Source: Eledone cirrhosa (Eukaryota). From it: DNA of 64,000 bases. This document shows, in pieces, positions 37,493-50,520 of the stretch (within the stretch, counting starts at the first letter, position 1; each line of letters begins with the position of its first letter). The DNA lies in assembly GCA_964016885.1 (NCBI GenBank), contig OZ024745.1:44888001-44952000 (forward strand), given 5' to 3'. The notes under the pieces are model-generated. The model was not told the origin of the DNA and did not search any database. It saw only the letters and a list, made by a program, of their open reading frames with translations. Position numbers and translations under genes: made by a program.

Positions 37493-38195
37493 GATGTTGC
37501 ATATCTTCTCAGCTGCCACTCAGATACAAGTAACGAGGAGAGATGTGGGGGTTGTAGCAAGGAGCACCAAGAAACGTAGAGAGCTTCCATGCCATGCTAC
37601 TCTCAATGAGATCATAAAGCATGGTTTGGATGCTACAGGCTTCCCCTCCCAGCTTGAGTCGACAAGGAAAGCAAAAGGCCAGATGGCAATACCATCTTCC
37701 TGTTTCAGAGTGGTAAACTCCTCATCTGGGATGCCACTTTCAGCGTCACTTCCTCCAGTGGAAACCTGGTGCAGTCTGTGAGTAACCCAGGCTCTGCTGC
37801 ACTTCGGGCCAAGGAGAGTAAACTCTTCAAATATTGGTCGCTCTCCAACAGGTTTGCAGTCGAGCTCATAGCAGTGGTGACTTCTGGTGTCCTTGGCACT
37901 ACTCACCACCATCGGCACAGAGTTCGCTACCAGCAGATGTGACCCTTGTGAGCTGGAATGGCTCTTCCAACGCGGCGCCCTCACCATCCTCCAGGGAAAC
38001 GCCTTCTCTATTCTGTCCACTGGGGTCGTGAGGGTGGCCAGTGAGTGGGCCCCCATTTGCTTATAATAGTGAGAGAGAGAGAGTGAGATAGACGGAGGTA
38101 GTGACCATACCAGCATTGCTGAAGTATTTTGTAGAGTCAAAGGTTATGTTTAAAGCCTTCACTAACAAAGACCATATAAATTACATTAATTTTTC
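37493..38195 (+). mobile_element. 3' fragment of a CRE-like non-LTR element (restriction-like endonuclease domain), inserted in a P2 MITE
   Basis: Frameshifted HATLNEIIKHGL..GFPSQLE..RPDG..GKLLIWDAT..GSAA..KY..WLFQR..ILQGNAFSIL. 11-bp TSD ACTAATTTCTT at 37482-37492 and 38196-38206. Confidence 0.8.
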
Positions 38196-40144
38196 ACTAA
38201 TTTCTTTATGATGAAGTTGATGTTTGGAATGTAACTTAAAACATTTTTGCATGAAATTACGACGAAATTTTTAAAATAAAGGAAGAACACTTTAAAATAG
38301 ACAGATTTGTATCACGTGACTATGAGCAGTTTCAGACAAGTTGGTATTAAAAGGGTTAAAACATTTGAACTACTAACTAATCAATCAAACTATTACTTGT
38401 GAAATGACAAACAATAGGAACGAGAAACTCGAAGCCAAGAAAAGCGGAATTTTGAAGTGAAATTAATGACATGCTGTTTGTACTGTTTCTACTAAATCTT
38501 TATTAAATGTTTAGTTTGTCAGTCGATGAACACATTCTTCTACTCACTATCAATGCTATATCAATCAATGAACTTAACCAAATACTGATTCAAGCAAGGG
38601 AGGTTACTATTGTAATATTATAGCATAGTAATGTCCCCTCGTGTTTCTGTGTTATTCTATATCCGTGTTTAATGTAAAAAGGCAATTACGTCCTGGGGCT
38701 GAGGCACAGCGGGCCAAAAGTGAGATGGGGGGGGGGGGGGGGGGGGGTAGTGTGATTTCCATCAGTTATAATGCTATTCTGCAACACAGTTGTTAGGTTG
38801 ATATTTTTAAAGTTGGATTCGTCAATTAGTACAAAATGTAGGAGACAAATATTTCACTTCTGATGAATGAATTGGTTTTTATTTTAATTTTTTATTTTAT
38901 TGTATTTCATGGGTAAATTGTGATAAATTGTACTATAAATAGTTCAGCCATGAACCATAGAAAAGTATTTTGTGGACCTCGTACTTGAGACTCCCGAATT
39001 AAAGGTATGAAGATATTTTTGTCTTCCTTTTACACCTATATTCCCAAGATAGCATGTGTTAGACATTTAGAAATAGCTGAAAGAATTATTTTGCTGCTAG
39101 ATCTTCTTTATACTGATAAATTTAAAGTAGTTATTATTTATACATACACATACATATAGGTGCAGGCATGGCTGTGTCATTAAGGAGTTCGCCTTGGAAC
39201 TGTGTGGCTCTGGGTTCAGTCCCATTATGTGACACCTTGAGCAAGTGGGTTCTATTCTAGCCCCATGTTGACCAATGCCTTGTGAATGAAATTTGGTAGA
39301 CAGAAACTAATGATTTATATATATATTATATCATCATCACTGTTTAAAGTTGAGTAAAATGGTTCTAAAAATCCAGTTTTGCATTTAATTTATCTAGGTT
39401 GTTTGTTGTAAAGTGTCTATCTAGCCTAGAGTTACCTCTGTCAATAAGGTTTTACTTAATTTAGTTTTATATCTAATTTTAGTGTTACTGTTTCATCTGT
39501 TTATCATTATTGTTATTATTACTATTACTACTTAAGGGTCACAAGCATTGACCTTTCTCCTGATTAAGAAAAAAGAAAAAGAAATGAAACCTTTGCTCAC
39601 AACTAAGATTGTTTCAAAAATAAATATCAACAACTGATGTGAAGTTATGGAAGAAATCTTTAAAGAAAAATCTTGATAACAAAGATGAGTTTTAAGACTT
39701 GTGAAAATACTAAAAAAAGAAATGAAATTAATATTTGAAGAAGAAAATATTGTTAGGAAAACTTCAGAGAAATTTGTTGATTCTAGAATATTGAATTTCT
39801 TGATTTTTATCTAGTGTTATGAATATTTTATTTAAAATGTTATGAATATTTATCTACAATGTTATCAATATGAATAAAAAATATTCTTAGAAAGATTTGT
39901 TGATTGTAGAAAATTAGATTTCTCGATATTTATCTACAGTGTTATAAATTTGTATTCTAACAAACCATCTCTTAAGTTGAATAATAAAACATTTTTTTCT
40001 TCTTATTTTAATGTTTAGTATTATCAACATTCTCTTCATCATCAATTTCCATCTCCTTTTCCATCCAAGCCATGTCAGCATGGAAAAGCAGACATTAAAT
40101 ACTTTGTTACCCGTAATAATAATAGTTCCCTGAACCTTTTCCAC

Positions 40145-40500
40145 GCCGAGGTTGACTTTGCCTTTCATCCTTACGGGGTCGATAAAATAAAGTACCAGTA
40201 ATGCACTGGGTAATTGCTGGCCTTGTGCCTAAAGTAGAAACAATTATTACTCTGGCTATTAGGATTTTGCTTTGTTACAATAGGGTGGTTGATTGGCAGA
40301 ATCAGTAGAGCATTGGACAAAATACTTTGTATTGTTTAGTTATATCTTTCTACATTGTGAATTCAAATCCTGCTGAGGTAAACTCTGCTTTTCATCCTCC
40401 TGGAGGGGGTCAATAAAATAAAGTACCAGTTACAAAGTCGATATAATTAACTTACTCCTTCCCCAATATTGCTGGCTCTGTGCCAATATTAGTAAGAATG
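40145..40500 (+). mobile_element. Two SINE-A copies (young truncated 40145-40248; older 40285-40500)
   Basis: Both match the SINE-A consensus. Confidence 0.85.
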
Positions 40501-42249
40501 ATTACAAAATGAGTTCAAATTCCACTGAAGTCAACCAATAGAAACCGGTTCCTTTGTCTCATCTGATGATCAACATTTTCCCATTTTTAATTTTTTTTTA
40601 TTATCATAACAACAAACAGAAAAATGTAAAATGTGTAGAGTTAGTTATATGAAAAATCTCTTAGAAAACAAAACAACAAAAAAACATTGAAATACTTAAG
40701 CTTGATGAAGAACAGGTATATTTCAACTATAAAAGGGTAAAGACCCCCTTTGGTTATCAATGACTATGGGATTTGCACTTAGAAAATTCCCTTCTGATGA
40801 CAAATCCGGGAAAGTCCAAAAGAAAGGCAAAGGCTCATCCAGCTTAGCACCAGTGATGTCACAACTTATTTCTACAGCTGAGTAAACTGTAACATTTTGA
40901 AAAATAACATGAAGCCAGAATATAAAAAGCTGAAACATATACACACTACAAAACATCTCATTTGACATGCTAACAATTCCACTAATCCATTATCCAGGGT
41001 TGGTACTTTATATCTTCTTGACCTCAAAATGTAAAAGCTAAAGTTGGCTGTGGCTGGATTTGATCTCTGAGTGCAGAAAGCTGGAACAAATATTACAAAG
41101 TATATGAGGCAATTTGTAGTAAGTGAAGCATATTAGAAGGAATGTATTAGTGGTAAGAAACACTCAGGAGAGTTGGGCAGTAGAATGTCTTCAGAGAGGA
41201 AACCCTCCTCAAGCAAGTTTCGGACATTAACTTCTTACGCTCTAAGGCGCCATGGCTACATCCAGATCATGACTCCTGCTGACATTTAGCCATTCAGAAA
41301 TTGGAGACTTGTATATTTAAACCATATGAAGATTTGTTGGCAAGATCTAGCTAGAACTCCTCTCTGTCACCTCTGCTTTTAAACTTTTATTTAAATGCTT
41401 TCTTGATTTTGGAAAAATAAGAAAAATTCCTTAAATGCAAATTTAAACACTTATAAAATTGTGTGAGTAGTTTTTGTTTCATACACTTTATATCTTTTTT
41501 TTTTTGGCATGAAAACTATATTGATTTTTTAAAAAGTTGCTGAGTGGCAATAAGCTTCGGACTGATTAAAATGGTGCTAATTAAAATAATTATATCTATT
41601 TAATGTTAAATACTGTGCATGTTAGTAAGACTTACTATTTATGTAGAAAAATAACAAATTTCAAGAAGATTAAGCCTTTCATTATTATATTTCTAATGAA
41701 AGACACTGTCCATAGTTTTCAAATATTGGTGAAAAGTCAAGAACTTATGGGGGTTTAGTAATATATCTAACTTTGTCATTTTTTATGCTATTTGAATCGT
41801 AACTTAACAAAGATTCTCACATAAAATTATGATAGGTTTAAATTTAAATTTAAACCTTCTATCATAATTAAAAGAAATGGCTTTGTATCATAAAACCAAT
41901 GATGATTTCAGGAAGTTTGATATCAAAAGTAAGATATTTTGCATGCATGGTCCCATAACTTTTGAGGGAGTCATAGGGGCACCAAATTGACATAGTGTTC
42001 CTAGGGTATTTTTAAACCTGGCAGCACCCAATCCTCGCCAAGTTTGACACAGCAGATTTCTTCCAGAGAAGGATAGAAAGAGTGAAAGAATGGACGTGAG
42101 AAGGAAGAATTGACTCCAGTATTAAACTGATTCTTTTTTTATTGACCTCAAATGGATGAAAGGCAAAGTTGACCTCAAAAGATTTTTACTGAAACCTTAG
42201 AAAAAAAAAAGTAAAATCTAACCTTAATTTCATTATAAACGATATCACA

Positions 42250-42475
42250 TTAACCCTTTAATGTTCAAACCGGCCAAAACCGGCCAGAATTCTCTACCTT
42301 TTTCTGTTGAAACTGGCTGTAACTGGTCACTAAACTGATGTTAAGGTATTGTTCTCAAAATAAATACTTTCAAAATCTCATAGATTCAATATTATGTGAG
42401 ATAATTATGGGAGATAAAGCATTTACCATGAAAATATAATAGTATATATAGAGTAATGTGAATGCTAAAGGGTTA
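42250..42475. mobile_element. piggyBac-type MITE P1, full length
   Basis: TTAACCCTTTA...TAAAGGGTTAA ends. Reverse complement of 17463-17689. Confidence 0.9.
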
Positions 42476-43100
42476 AAATATTTACATACTTCTTATCATA
42501 GCATTTACTAATATAAAATATTGTCTTTTTCTGGCCAATGAAAAATCTCACATAAATTAAATTGTAATATACTGTAATAATTTAGCAGAAAATATCTAAT
42601 TTTCGATTCAAATGTTTATACTATATTTACTAGTGGACATATTGTTGTGAAAATTTGCAGTATTAGTGTATAAAGGCTATAATCTTTTCATGTAAATCAG
42701 TTATAGTGCTGTTTTGTACCTTTTAAGAATGTCTTGCTAATGCAGTTTCATGTGGTACAGGACATTAAAAGCTAATTGAAATATTTTACTATATTTTATG
42801 ATGGTTTACTAACATCAAATATTACTATTTTTCTCTGGCCAATGAAAAGTCTCACATAAATTAACAAATATATAATTAGGAAGAGATTTAAGTTTCTGGA
42901 TTGGAAAATAAAAGCGCTGTTTGGTTTCTTGGAGATAGCAGAATATTTGATTGGAAATTTCAGTCGTTATTGATTAAACTATCGACCTTTTAATTATATT
43001 TTACAATTAAAATTAGTCTATTTGTTAGTAAGTTATTAGTTAAATTTACTTTACTAGTTTTTAAGATATTAATGTATGTGTTTTTGTTTTAAACATTCAG

Positions 43101-43147
43101 ACGCAGTTTTTTGACAATGTGGCCATGGGGGAAGGAAAAACCACCAG
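43101..43147 (+). CDS. Candidate host-gene exon (MWPWGKEKPP from ATG 43117, phase-1 donor; alternative frame TQFFDNVAMGEGKTT)
   Basis: T-rich acceptor ..TTTTAAACATTCAG, strong donor CAG|GTATGT, and a locally GC-richer unique island. Protein not recognised. Confidence 0.45.
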
Positions 43148-43412
43148 GTATGTTTTATTATACATTTTTTCATGTTTTATTATGGTAGTGGTTTTCCTGC
43201 CTTAACAATATAGATTCTTCTAAAGCAGTTCTGCTTCTGTTTATAATAGTATTCTAATACTGTATTCTGATTTCAGCCATTAGGCTTTGGCTATAATGGC
43301 ATACTATGGGTGGTGAATTAACAGAGTCATTAGAATGTCTGATCGAATGAATGTTTTATGCCATTCATTCCAGCATTCTTTGCTCAAAACCCATCATGGT
43401 CAATATTGCTTT

Positions 43413-44010
43413 TCAGATTTTCCTGTTATGTGATCAGCCTTGTGTGCTTTTGATCAGATATCAGTTGACAAGGTACTCACTGAGCAGAAACCTTTGTCAT
43501 GCCAAGTTCATTGTGCAGAATATTCTTAACTCTCTCATATGATATGCTAATAGCATTGTTTATTTGATTTATAGTCAATCACTTGTTATCCATCACTACA
43601 TGGTAAATACGATCAATGTTTTCCTCGGTGGTGGCAGTTGCAGGATGTCCAGACCTTGGGCCATTATCAAGACTGTCTCTTCCCCTTCTAAATTCAGTTG
43701 CTCACTTTTGCAATGTTGATAAAGCTGAAATACCATCATCCCCTAATGTAACAACCATGTCAGCATGAATGTCCTTGGAGTCTAAACCCTTTTTCTGCAG
43801 GTACTTGATAACACCCCAATGCCAAATTTTGTCTATTTTCAAGAAATGTCACTACTAGTTACTTATGAAGTCTTCTTTGAGCAATCAGATGTCAGTTTAT
43901 CTGGAAAGAATCAATGCAGTTATTAATAAGAGTTGAAATTTATGCATGCAAAATATTACTGCTCTAGCATAATTTCTTCATAATCAGCCTATGAATTTTC
44001 AGCTCAACCT
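43413..44010 (-). pseudogene. Mariner transposase N-terminal relic with terminal region
   Basis: Minus-strand translation DKIWHWGVIKYLQKKG..EFRRGRDSLDNGPRSGHP..ILHNELGMTKVSAQ*VPCQL (decayed WVPxxL motif). Contains in-frame stops. Confidence 0.85.
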
Positions 44011-44701
44011 CATATATTATTTATAGTAACAAAAAAATTAATTCTGGTGGTGGTGGATGGGTGGGATGGGGGGCTTTAAAAATAGTGAGTCTCTGTATCA
44101 TAAAACCTGTCTAGTACACTGTGTAAAATGTGGAAATGTATGAACATGAGATGTAGATCCTGACCTATCTGAAAGTTCAGTGACACTGATTAGATAATGA
44201 CTTGGTCTGTGAGGACCTATCCAGACCTAGATAGCAGGGAAAACAGATGTTAAATGATGCTGTTGCTGCTGCAGCTGTTGATTCTATAAACTGTGTATAT
44301 ATGGACAGGGGTGTCAGCATCATCATCATGTTGATGAAGATATATCAGCTGTAACATTGAATTGATCACAGACAAAATCTACATCAAGCAAGACCTCTGT
44401 CTAAACTAAACTAATTGTTGTTTCATCTTCATTGTAGTTTGGTATTGATTTTAATTCACAATGTATTTATGTGTACTTGTGTGTGTGTGTGTGTTTGTTT
44501 GTTCGCTTTCATCTTCCTCATCATATGTCTATATTTTGACATTGAAGAACACAGCTGTTGGTTAACACACACAGATATATATATTTATATATATATATAA
44601 ATACATATATATATATTAACCAATACACATACACACACACACACACATATATATGTATATATATTTACACATACATATATATACATGTATATATATGTAT
44701 A

Positions 44702-44734
<33 letters not shown>

Positions 44735-46027
44735 ATAAAAAACATTGAATATTTTCATGTCATAACCTGATCTGTTTGTTGTCCATCAGAACAAGTTTCA
44801 TCTTGAAATCTTTGTGTGGATTAATTGATGTAAATTGAACTGTCACATATACCCATCCACATGCCTGAATGTATATGTGTGTACATACATACATACATAC
44901 ATACATACATACATAGATACATAGATGTTTGCTTCAATCTATTAGATAATTTTATTTTGTCATGGAAGAAGTAAAAATGGGGAAACCACAGAAGTGTTTG
45001 AAATTGTAAGATTTTATATTTCCGAGATAACTTTAAATATTAGCATATTATTGCATGCACCTGGTTTAGAATTGGTGCACCATATTGCATGTTGTAAGAA
45101 GCAATTAAGTGTTGATACTGAGAAGGGTACTTTAGAAAGGATCCAGTGATAAGTATAGAGTATATCATGGGGCCCACAAGACTAACCCCTGTTTTAGCTG
45201 AGAAAATGGCCTTAAACTACTTGTTATATATATTATTGTTATATTACCAAAGATGATGATGGGGTTTCTTTAAAAATGTTTATACCAATTTTACTGGGCT
45301 ACCATGAGAGGGATTGCTTTGGTAAAATTAGACTTTTCCATATTTTGCAGAAGTAGTATAGCTTCAGGTTAAGCTTGGTTAAAACAGACCTATTATACCT
45401 ATTATCAAAGACGTTCCAGCCATGACCATCCTGTATTTTTTTTTTTTTTTACAAATTATCCAGGACTATGTTACCTAATGTAGGTAGGATGTAATTTGAG
45501 GGAGATTTGGATGCTATATCTAGCAGCTACATGGAAGATTCCTGAACATTGTTCCTACAGCTAACTGTTTGATCAAGAAGTGGGTGGGAACATTGTCAGC
45601 CAGGAAAAAGAGACCAGCACCACCACCACCACCACCAGTGGGCAGTTTTCGTTATCTGTAGTAGAGATTTCAATTAGAGATAGAACAACTATTTGCCCAC
45701 AGAGAAATAGACGGGGTTGTCTTAGTTGTCTCCTGTTAAAATTTAGAAATAAAATTTGGTAGACAATTTTATCTTTAGCATCTTCTGGATGGGTCTTTTC
45801 AGGCTGTTGCCAAATCATGAATAGGATTTTAACTAAAAAAAAAAAAATAAGGATTAATGGCTTAGTCAGACTATGGCAATGCCCATAACCTTTTTCAGGG
45901 CCTCCATAATTGGTGGGAAGAAGGGAGGGAGGTTAGTCTTAGGTTGGAGACAAAACCTGAAAATAGACACCCACAGATTAGGCGATAGCATTAAACCATG
46001 TGATGGGTTAATTCTAAATCTATGTAA

Positions 46028-46191
46028 TTAACCATTTCATTACCATATTTTTAATGAAAGACTCTGCCTTAACCATTTCATTACCATATTTTTAATGAAA
46101 GACTCTGCCTTAACCATTTCATTACCATATTTTTAATGAAAGACTCTGCCTTAACCATTTCATTACCATATTTTTAATGAAAGACTCTGCC
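46028..46191. repeat. Four perfect 41-bp tandem copies of a P2 MITE left end
   Basis: TTAACCATTTCATTACCATATTTTTAATGAAAGACTCTGCC at 46028, 46069, 46110 and 46151. Confidence 0.95.
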
Positions 46192-46661
46192 TATGAGTTT
46201 TAAATTGTTTTGAAAATAACCAAGAATTTGAAGGAATTTAGTAATATAGCTAACTTCGAAATTATTACATCGGCATTTGGAACATAACTTAACAAAGGTT
46301 CTTAAAATTATGATTGAAAGTTTTTTTTAGATTAGTATAAATAACCTATAAACAGTTTTGTATTGAAGAACCAATGGAGATTTGATATATACCAATGGGT
46401 TAAGATATATGAAATTAGGACCCTTTTAATTCAACCCTGTTAATGTATATAGAGAAATGTCTACTACACTTAAGTCTTCCTCTAGTTCTTTCAGCTAAAT
46501 GATATATTTTCAGTAAGTTTCCTCACTTCTCTGTTACCTCCATTAAACAGCTTTGACAAGACAAGTATCTGGCTTAGTGGTTAGGGTGTTCAGCTCATGA
46601 GTTTGATTGCGGCAGCATAGTTATATCCTTGAGCAAGATACTTTATTTCAAACTGATGCAC

Positions 46662-46868
46662 TCCCCTCCTCTTTTTCTTCTTTTTCTTCTTTTTCTTTCT
46701 TTCTTCTTTTTCTTCTTTTTCTTTCTTTCTTCTTTCTTCTTCTTTCTTTTTCTTTCTTCTTTCTCCTTCTTTCTTTTTCTTTCTTTTTCTTTCTTCTTTC
46801 TCCTTCCTCTTCTTTCATCTTCTTTTTTCTTTCTTTTTTCTTCCTCTTTTTTCTTCTTTCTTCTCCTC
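46662..46868. repeat. ~200-nt polypyrimidine (CTT/CTTT-rich) tract
   Basis: Read directly. It is the source of the F/S- and K/R/E-rich ORFs. Confidence 0.95.
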
Positions 46869-46949
46869 ATCATATCTGATGGTTGGCAAATATGCAATGA
46901 ACACTTATTACATATGTATGTATGCATGTATGTATATATATATATATCA

Positions 46950-47140
46950 TTGGATTGGCAGTATCGGAAGAGAGTCGGACACCATGCTTTGAAGCATAGA
47001 GTTACGTCCCTTTATGATCTGAGTTCAAATCCCACCGAGGTTAACTTTGCCTTTCATCCTGACGGGGTCGATAAAATAAAGTACCAGTAATGTACTGGGT
47101 AATTGCTGGCCTTGTGCCTAAAAATAGAAACAATTATTAT
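46950..47140 (+). mobile_element. SINE-A
   Basis: Matches the SINE-A consensus. Confidence 0.88.
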
Positions 47141-48162
47141 TCATCAGCATATTTTTCCTTACACTGAGTCTCGTTAGTAAAATGTTATAATGATTGTTTT
47201 CCCAGTGACCACCACATGGAGGTAGGTTTGGCTTTCTCTCTGGCAAAAAATGAGATGTACCTGCAATTCAAAGGGCCAGGCATGTTCACTGTCATACACT
47301 GAATCTCCCCGAGAACTACGTTAAAGGTACATGCATGTGCTTGTGGAATGCTTAGTCACTTGCACATTAATTTCATGAGCAGGCTCCATTGATAGAATCA
47401 ACTGGAATATTCATTGGAATTATTGGAGATCCAATCCAATATTTATCATCATCATCATCATTTTTACATTTGTTTTTCCATTCTCACATGGGTTGGAAGG
47501 GTCCTTTTCAGCACATTATCTCTCCATTCACTGTGTTCCTTTGTGATCTTTTCTGTGAGTCTCAGTGGTTTGAGATCAGCTATAACCTCTGAACAGGTCT
47601 TCCTTGGACTACTTCTACTACCGCTTCCTTCCACTGTAATTTCTTCAGCCAGTGATCATCCTTCATGTGCATTATATAGGTTGTAAAACTACTGTTGTTC
47701 CATACATTGTTTGTTAACTGCTAAAACTTCATGCAAATTATGTGAGACATTGTAGTCATTACTTTGAGACAGAAAAGAAGAAACAGGCCTACTGACATAT
47801 CTCAAACAATATATCTATCATTTACCAATTGATCATGTTACTACTGTCTAAAGTATGTCTCTAGCCTGAAGGCTCATCAGGCTGGTTCTTATTCTTGTTT
47901 TCATGATAAGCGACTGAGAGTACAATACTCCCCTTTGGTTAGGACACCAGACCATTGCAGGGTTAAACCCCCAGCTATTGCTGGTATTCATTTTCAACTG
48001 AGTATACTGGAGCAATGTGAAATGACTGTAAGTCCAACATGTTACAACTGTGCCAGCATTGTAATTGGTAACACAATTTCCCAGCATGTGAAACATGTTA
48101 GTGACTTTGTTCTTTATATTAATACTATCACTAATTAAAGCTGGCCACTCAAGCCTAACTAA

Positions 48163-48308
48163 TGTCTCAGTGGCCAAGTGGGAAGTAATTGAGACGGAAA
48201 TTCTGGTCTGGGGTTCAATCTCGGCCAGGACCTACACTAAGCAAGTCTTACTAAATTTTTGTTGTAGTGTGCCTGAACACTGTACACAATAATTTTCAAT
48301 ATTATTAT
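48163..48308 (+). mobile_element. SINE family D: tRNA-like head with CR1-derived 3' tail
   Basis: A box TGGCCAAGTGG and B box GGTTCAATCTC. Tail GTTGTAGTGTGCCTGAACACTGTACACAATAATT matches the adjacent LINE 3' end. Confidence 0.7.
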
Positions 48309-48491
48309 AGTTTCCTGTGGTTTAATCATAATCAATAGTTTGTCTTTGATGTTTGATTATATTGATTGATATTTTTTTTTCTTCTCGATGAGCAATTACA
48401 TAGATCGATTTTTAGCCATACTCTCCAGGTATGAAATAGCGCTATAAGGTTTCACTTATGATTCCACCTGTGTATATATTCTTCTATAGAA

Positions 48492-48960
48492 TATAATGAT
48501 AATAATAATAATAATAATGAAATTATTGTGTAAAGTGCTCAGGTGCACTACAACTCGTCAATATAGTACATAGAATAATACACAAATGTCAGGGAAGTAC
48601 ATGTGTGTATGTGTTAGCTGTTCTGTTGGCGGATCTCGGGAAGCATGGAGGCCTTAAAGGATGCAGTGTCTCGACAGCTAACAACTGATGCAGGTAGTTT
48701 GTTCCATGCTTCAGCAACTCTGAGTGTGAAAAAATGTTTCCGAAAGTCATGGGAACTGTGCTGTTTTTTTACTTTGTGGGCATGCCCACGTGTGTTAGAC
48801 ACATGGAAATCGAAAAGGTACTCAGGGTTGTTGTTGGCAACATGGTTAACAATTTTGTGGGTGTTTACCAAGTCAGTTGCCAGGCGTCGGAGCTTCAATG
48901 AATCCATGCCCAGGGAAGCAAGGCGCTCAGAGTATGGAGGGTATTCGCTTGGTTGCACGT
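48492..48960 (-). mobile_element. CR1/L2-group LINE 3' fragment with (TTA)n tail
   Basis: YSERLASLGMDSLKLRRLATDL..NTRGHAHK..RKHFFTLRVAEAWNKLP is the typical CR1-group ORF2 C-terminus. Stop at 48614, short UTR, (TTA)n tail. Confidence 0.88.
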
Positions 48961-49276
48961 CTCTGAACAGTTTCCAGGCGGTCAATGTCCTGAGCAAGAT
49001 ATGTCATCATCATCATCATTGTTTAACATCTATCTTCCACACTAACATGGGTTTACTGTGTTTCTTGTGTGATATATGGCTCTTTCTCTCTCTGTATATG
49101 TATATATGTATATCTCTTTATTTGGTTATGCCTTTGTGATAAACTTTTGGTTTACAAAATTTTAAAAGTAAATACTTCCATACTTCAGGACCCAAGAAAT
49201 ACTGCTGTTAAGGTATGGTTTTCAAAATAAATAATATCAAAATCTCATAGATTCGATATTATGTGAGATACTTATG

Positions 49277-49551
49277 CCCCCCCCCCCCCCACTGCAAAGT
49301 GGTCGTGGAGGTGCCACGGCAAAAAAGCACCCAGCCCACACTGTAAAGTGGACGTGTAGGCGCCACAGAAAAAAAGCACCCACCAGTCACTGTAAATGAG
49401 GTTGGTGTTAGGAAGGGCATCCAGCTGTAGAATTCAAGCCAGAATCAGTTCCTGTATGAGCAAGACATAGTCAGCCGGCCGGTTACTGCCCACAGCAGGA
49501 CAACTCATCTAACCCATGCTAGCGTGGAAGAACGGACGTAAGGTGAGGATG
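49277..49551 (+). mobile_element. RTE 3'-UTR-derived insertion nested in a P1 MITE
   Basis: 7-bp TSD ACTTATG at 49270-49276 and 49552-49558. Closely similar to 8703-8988. Confidence 0.9.
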
Positions 49552-50059
49552 ACTTATGTGAGGTAGAGCCTTTACTGTGAAAATATAATAGTAAATTATA
49601 ATAAAATATAATAGTAATGTAAATGCTAAAGGGTTAAATACTCACAATGAGACTAGATGTATGCTTTGAGTTCTTCACTTTCTGAGTTCAAATCCTGCCT
49701 AGTTTAACTTTGCCTTTTATCCTTCTGGGGTCAATGAAGTATCTGTAAAGTACTGGGGTTCGTATATTTCACTTTCCTCTCCTACCAAAATTACTGGCCT
49801 TGTATCTCAATTAGAAATTATTATATGTAAACATATTGTTTATTTGTTTGTACACTTTTATAATATGTTGTGTGAGTGTGTGTGTGTACATATGTATGTA
49901 TAATGTCCATCTACCATGTGTGTATGTATGTGTAGTGTCTATCTTATCTCCTACTGTGTGTATGTATGTGTAATGTCTTCCTCATACTCTCCTGTATACA
50001 TTATACAGAGGATTCCTTCTAGCTAGGTCTACTATGACCAACAAACGGCTAATAAATAT

Positions 50060-50520
50060 TTCCACACACAAAAGATGCCCATACACACCCATACGCACAC
50101 ACATATGCACCCACCCACACACATATGCACACACCCACACACATATGCACACACACATATGCACACACACATGCACACTCCCACACACATGCACACTCCC
50201 ACAAACATGCACACTCCCACACACGTATGCACACTCCCACACACGTATGCACACTCCCACACACGTATCCACACTCCCACACACGTATCCACACTCCCAC
50301 ACACGTATGCACACTCCCACACATATACACACTCCCACACACATACATGCACACACCCACACACACATGCACACGCCCACACACATGCACACACCCACAC
50401 ACACATGCACACACCCACACACACATGCACACACCCACACACACATGCACACTCCCACACACACATGCACACTCCCACACACACATGCACACTCCCACAA
50501 ACATACATACACTCACATGA
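50060..50520. repeat. CA-rich ~18-20-bp minisatellite (CACACTCCCACACAC(G/A)TATG-like)
   Basis: Read directly. It explains the six overlapping H/T- and C/V-rich ORFs. Confidence 0.93.

Noticed and set aside
37520-38140. 206-aa minus-strand ORF (and the 148-aa ORF at 60540-60986)
   Set aside because: Antisense to the CRE-like endonuclease remnants; the recognisable motifs are on the other strand.
46607-47090. F/S-rich and K/R/E-rich ORFs
   Set aside because: Polypyrimidine tract plus SINE sequence.
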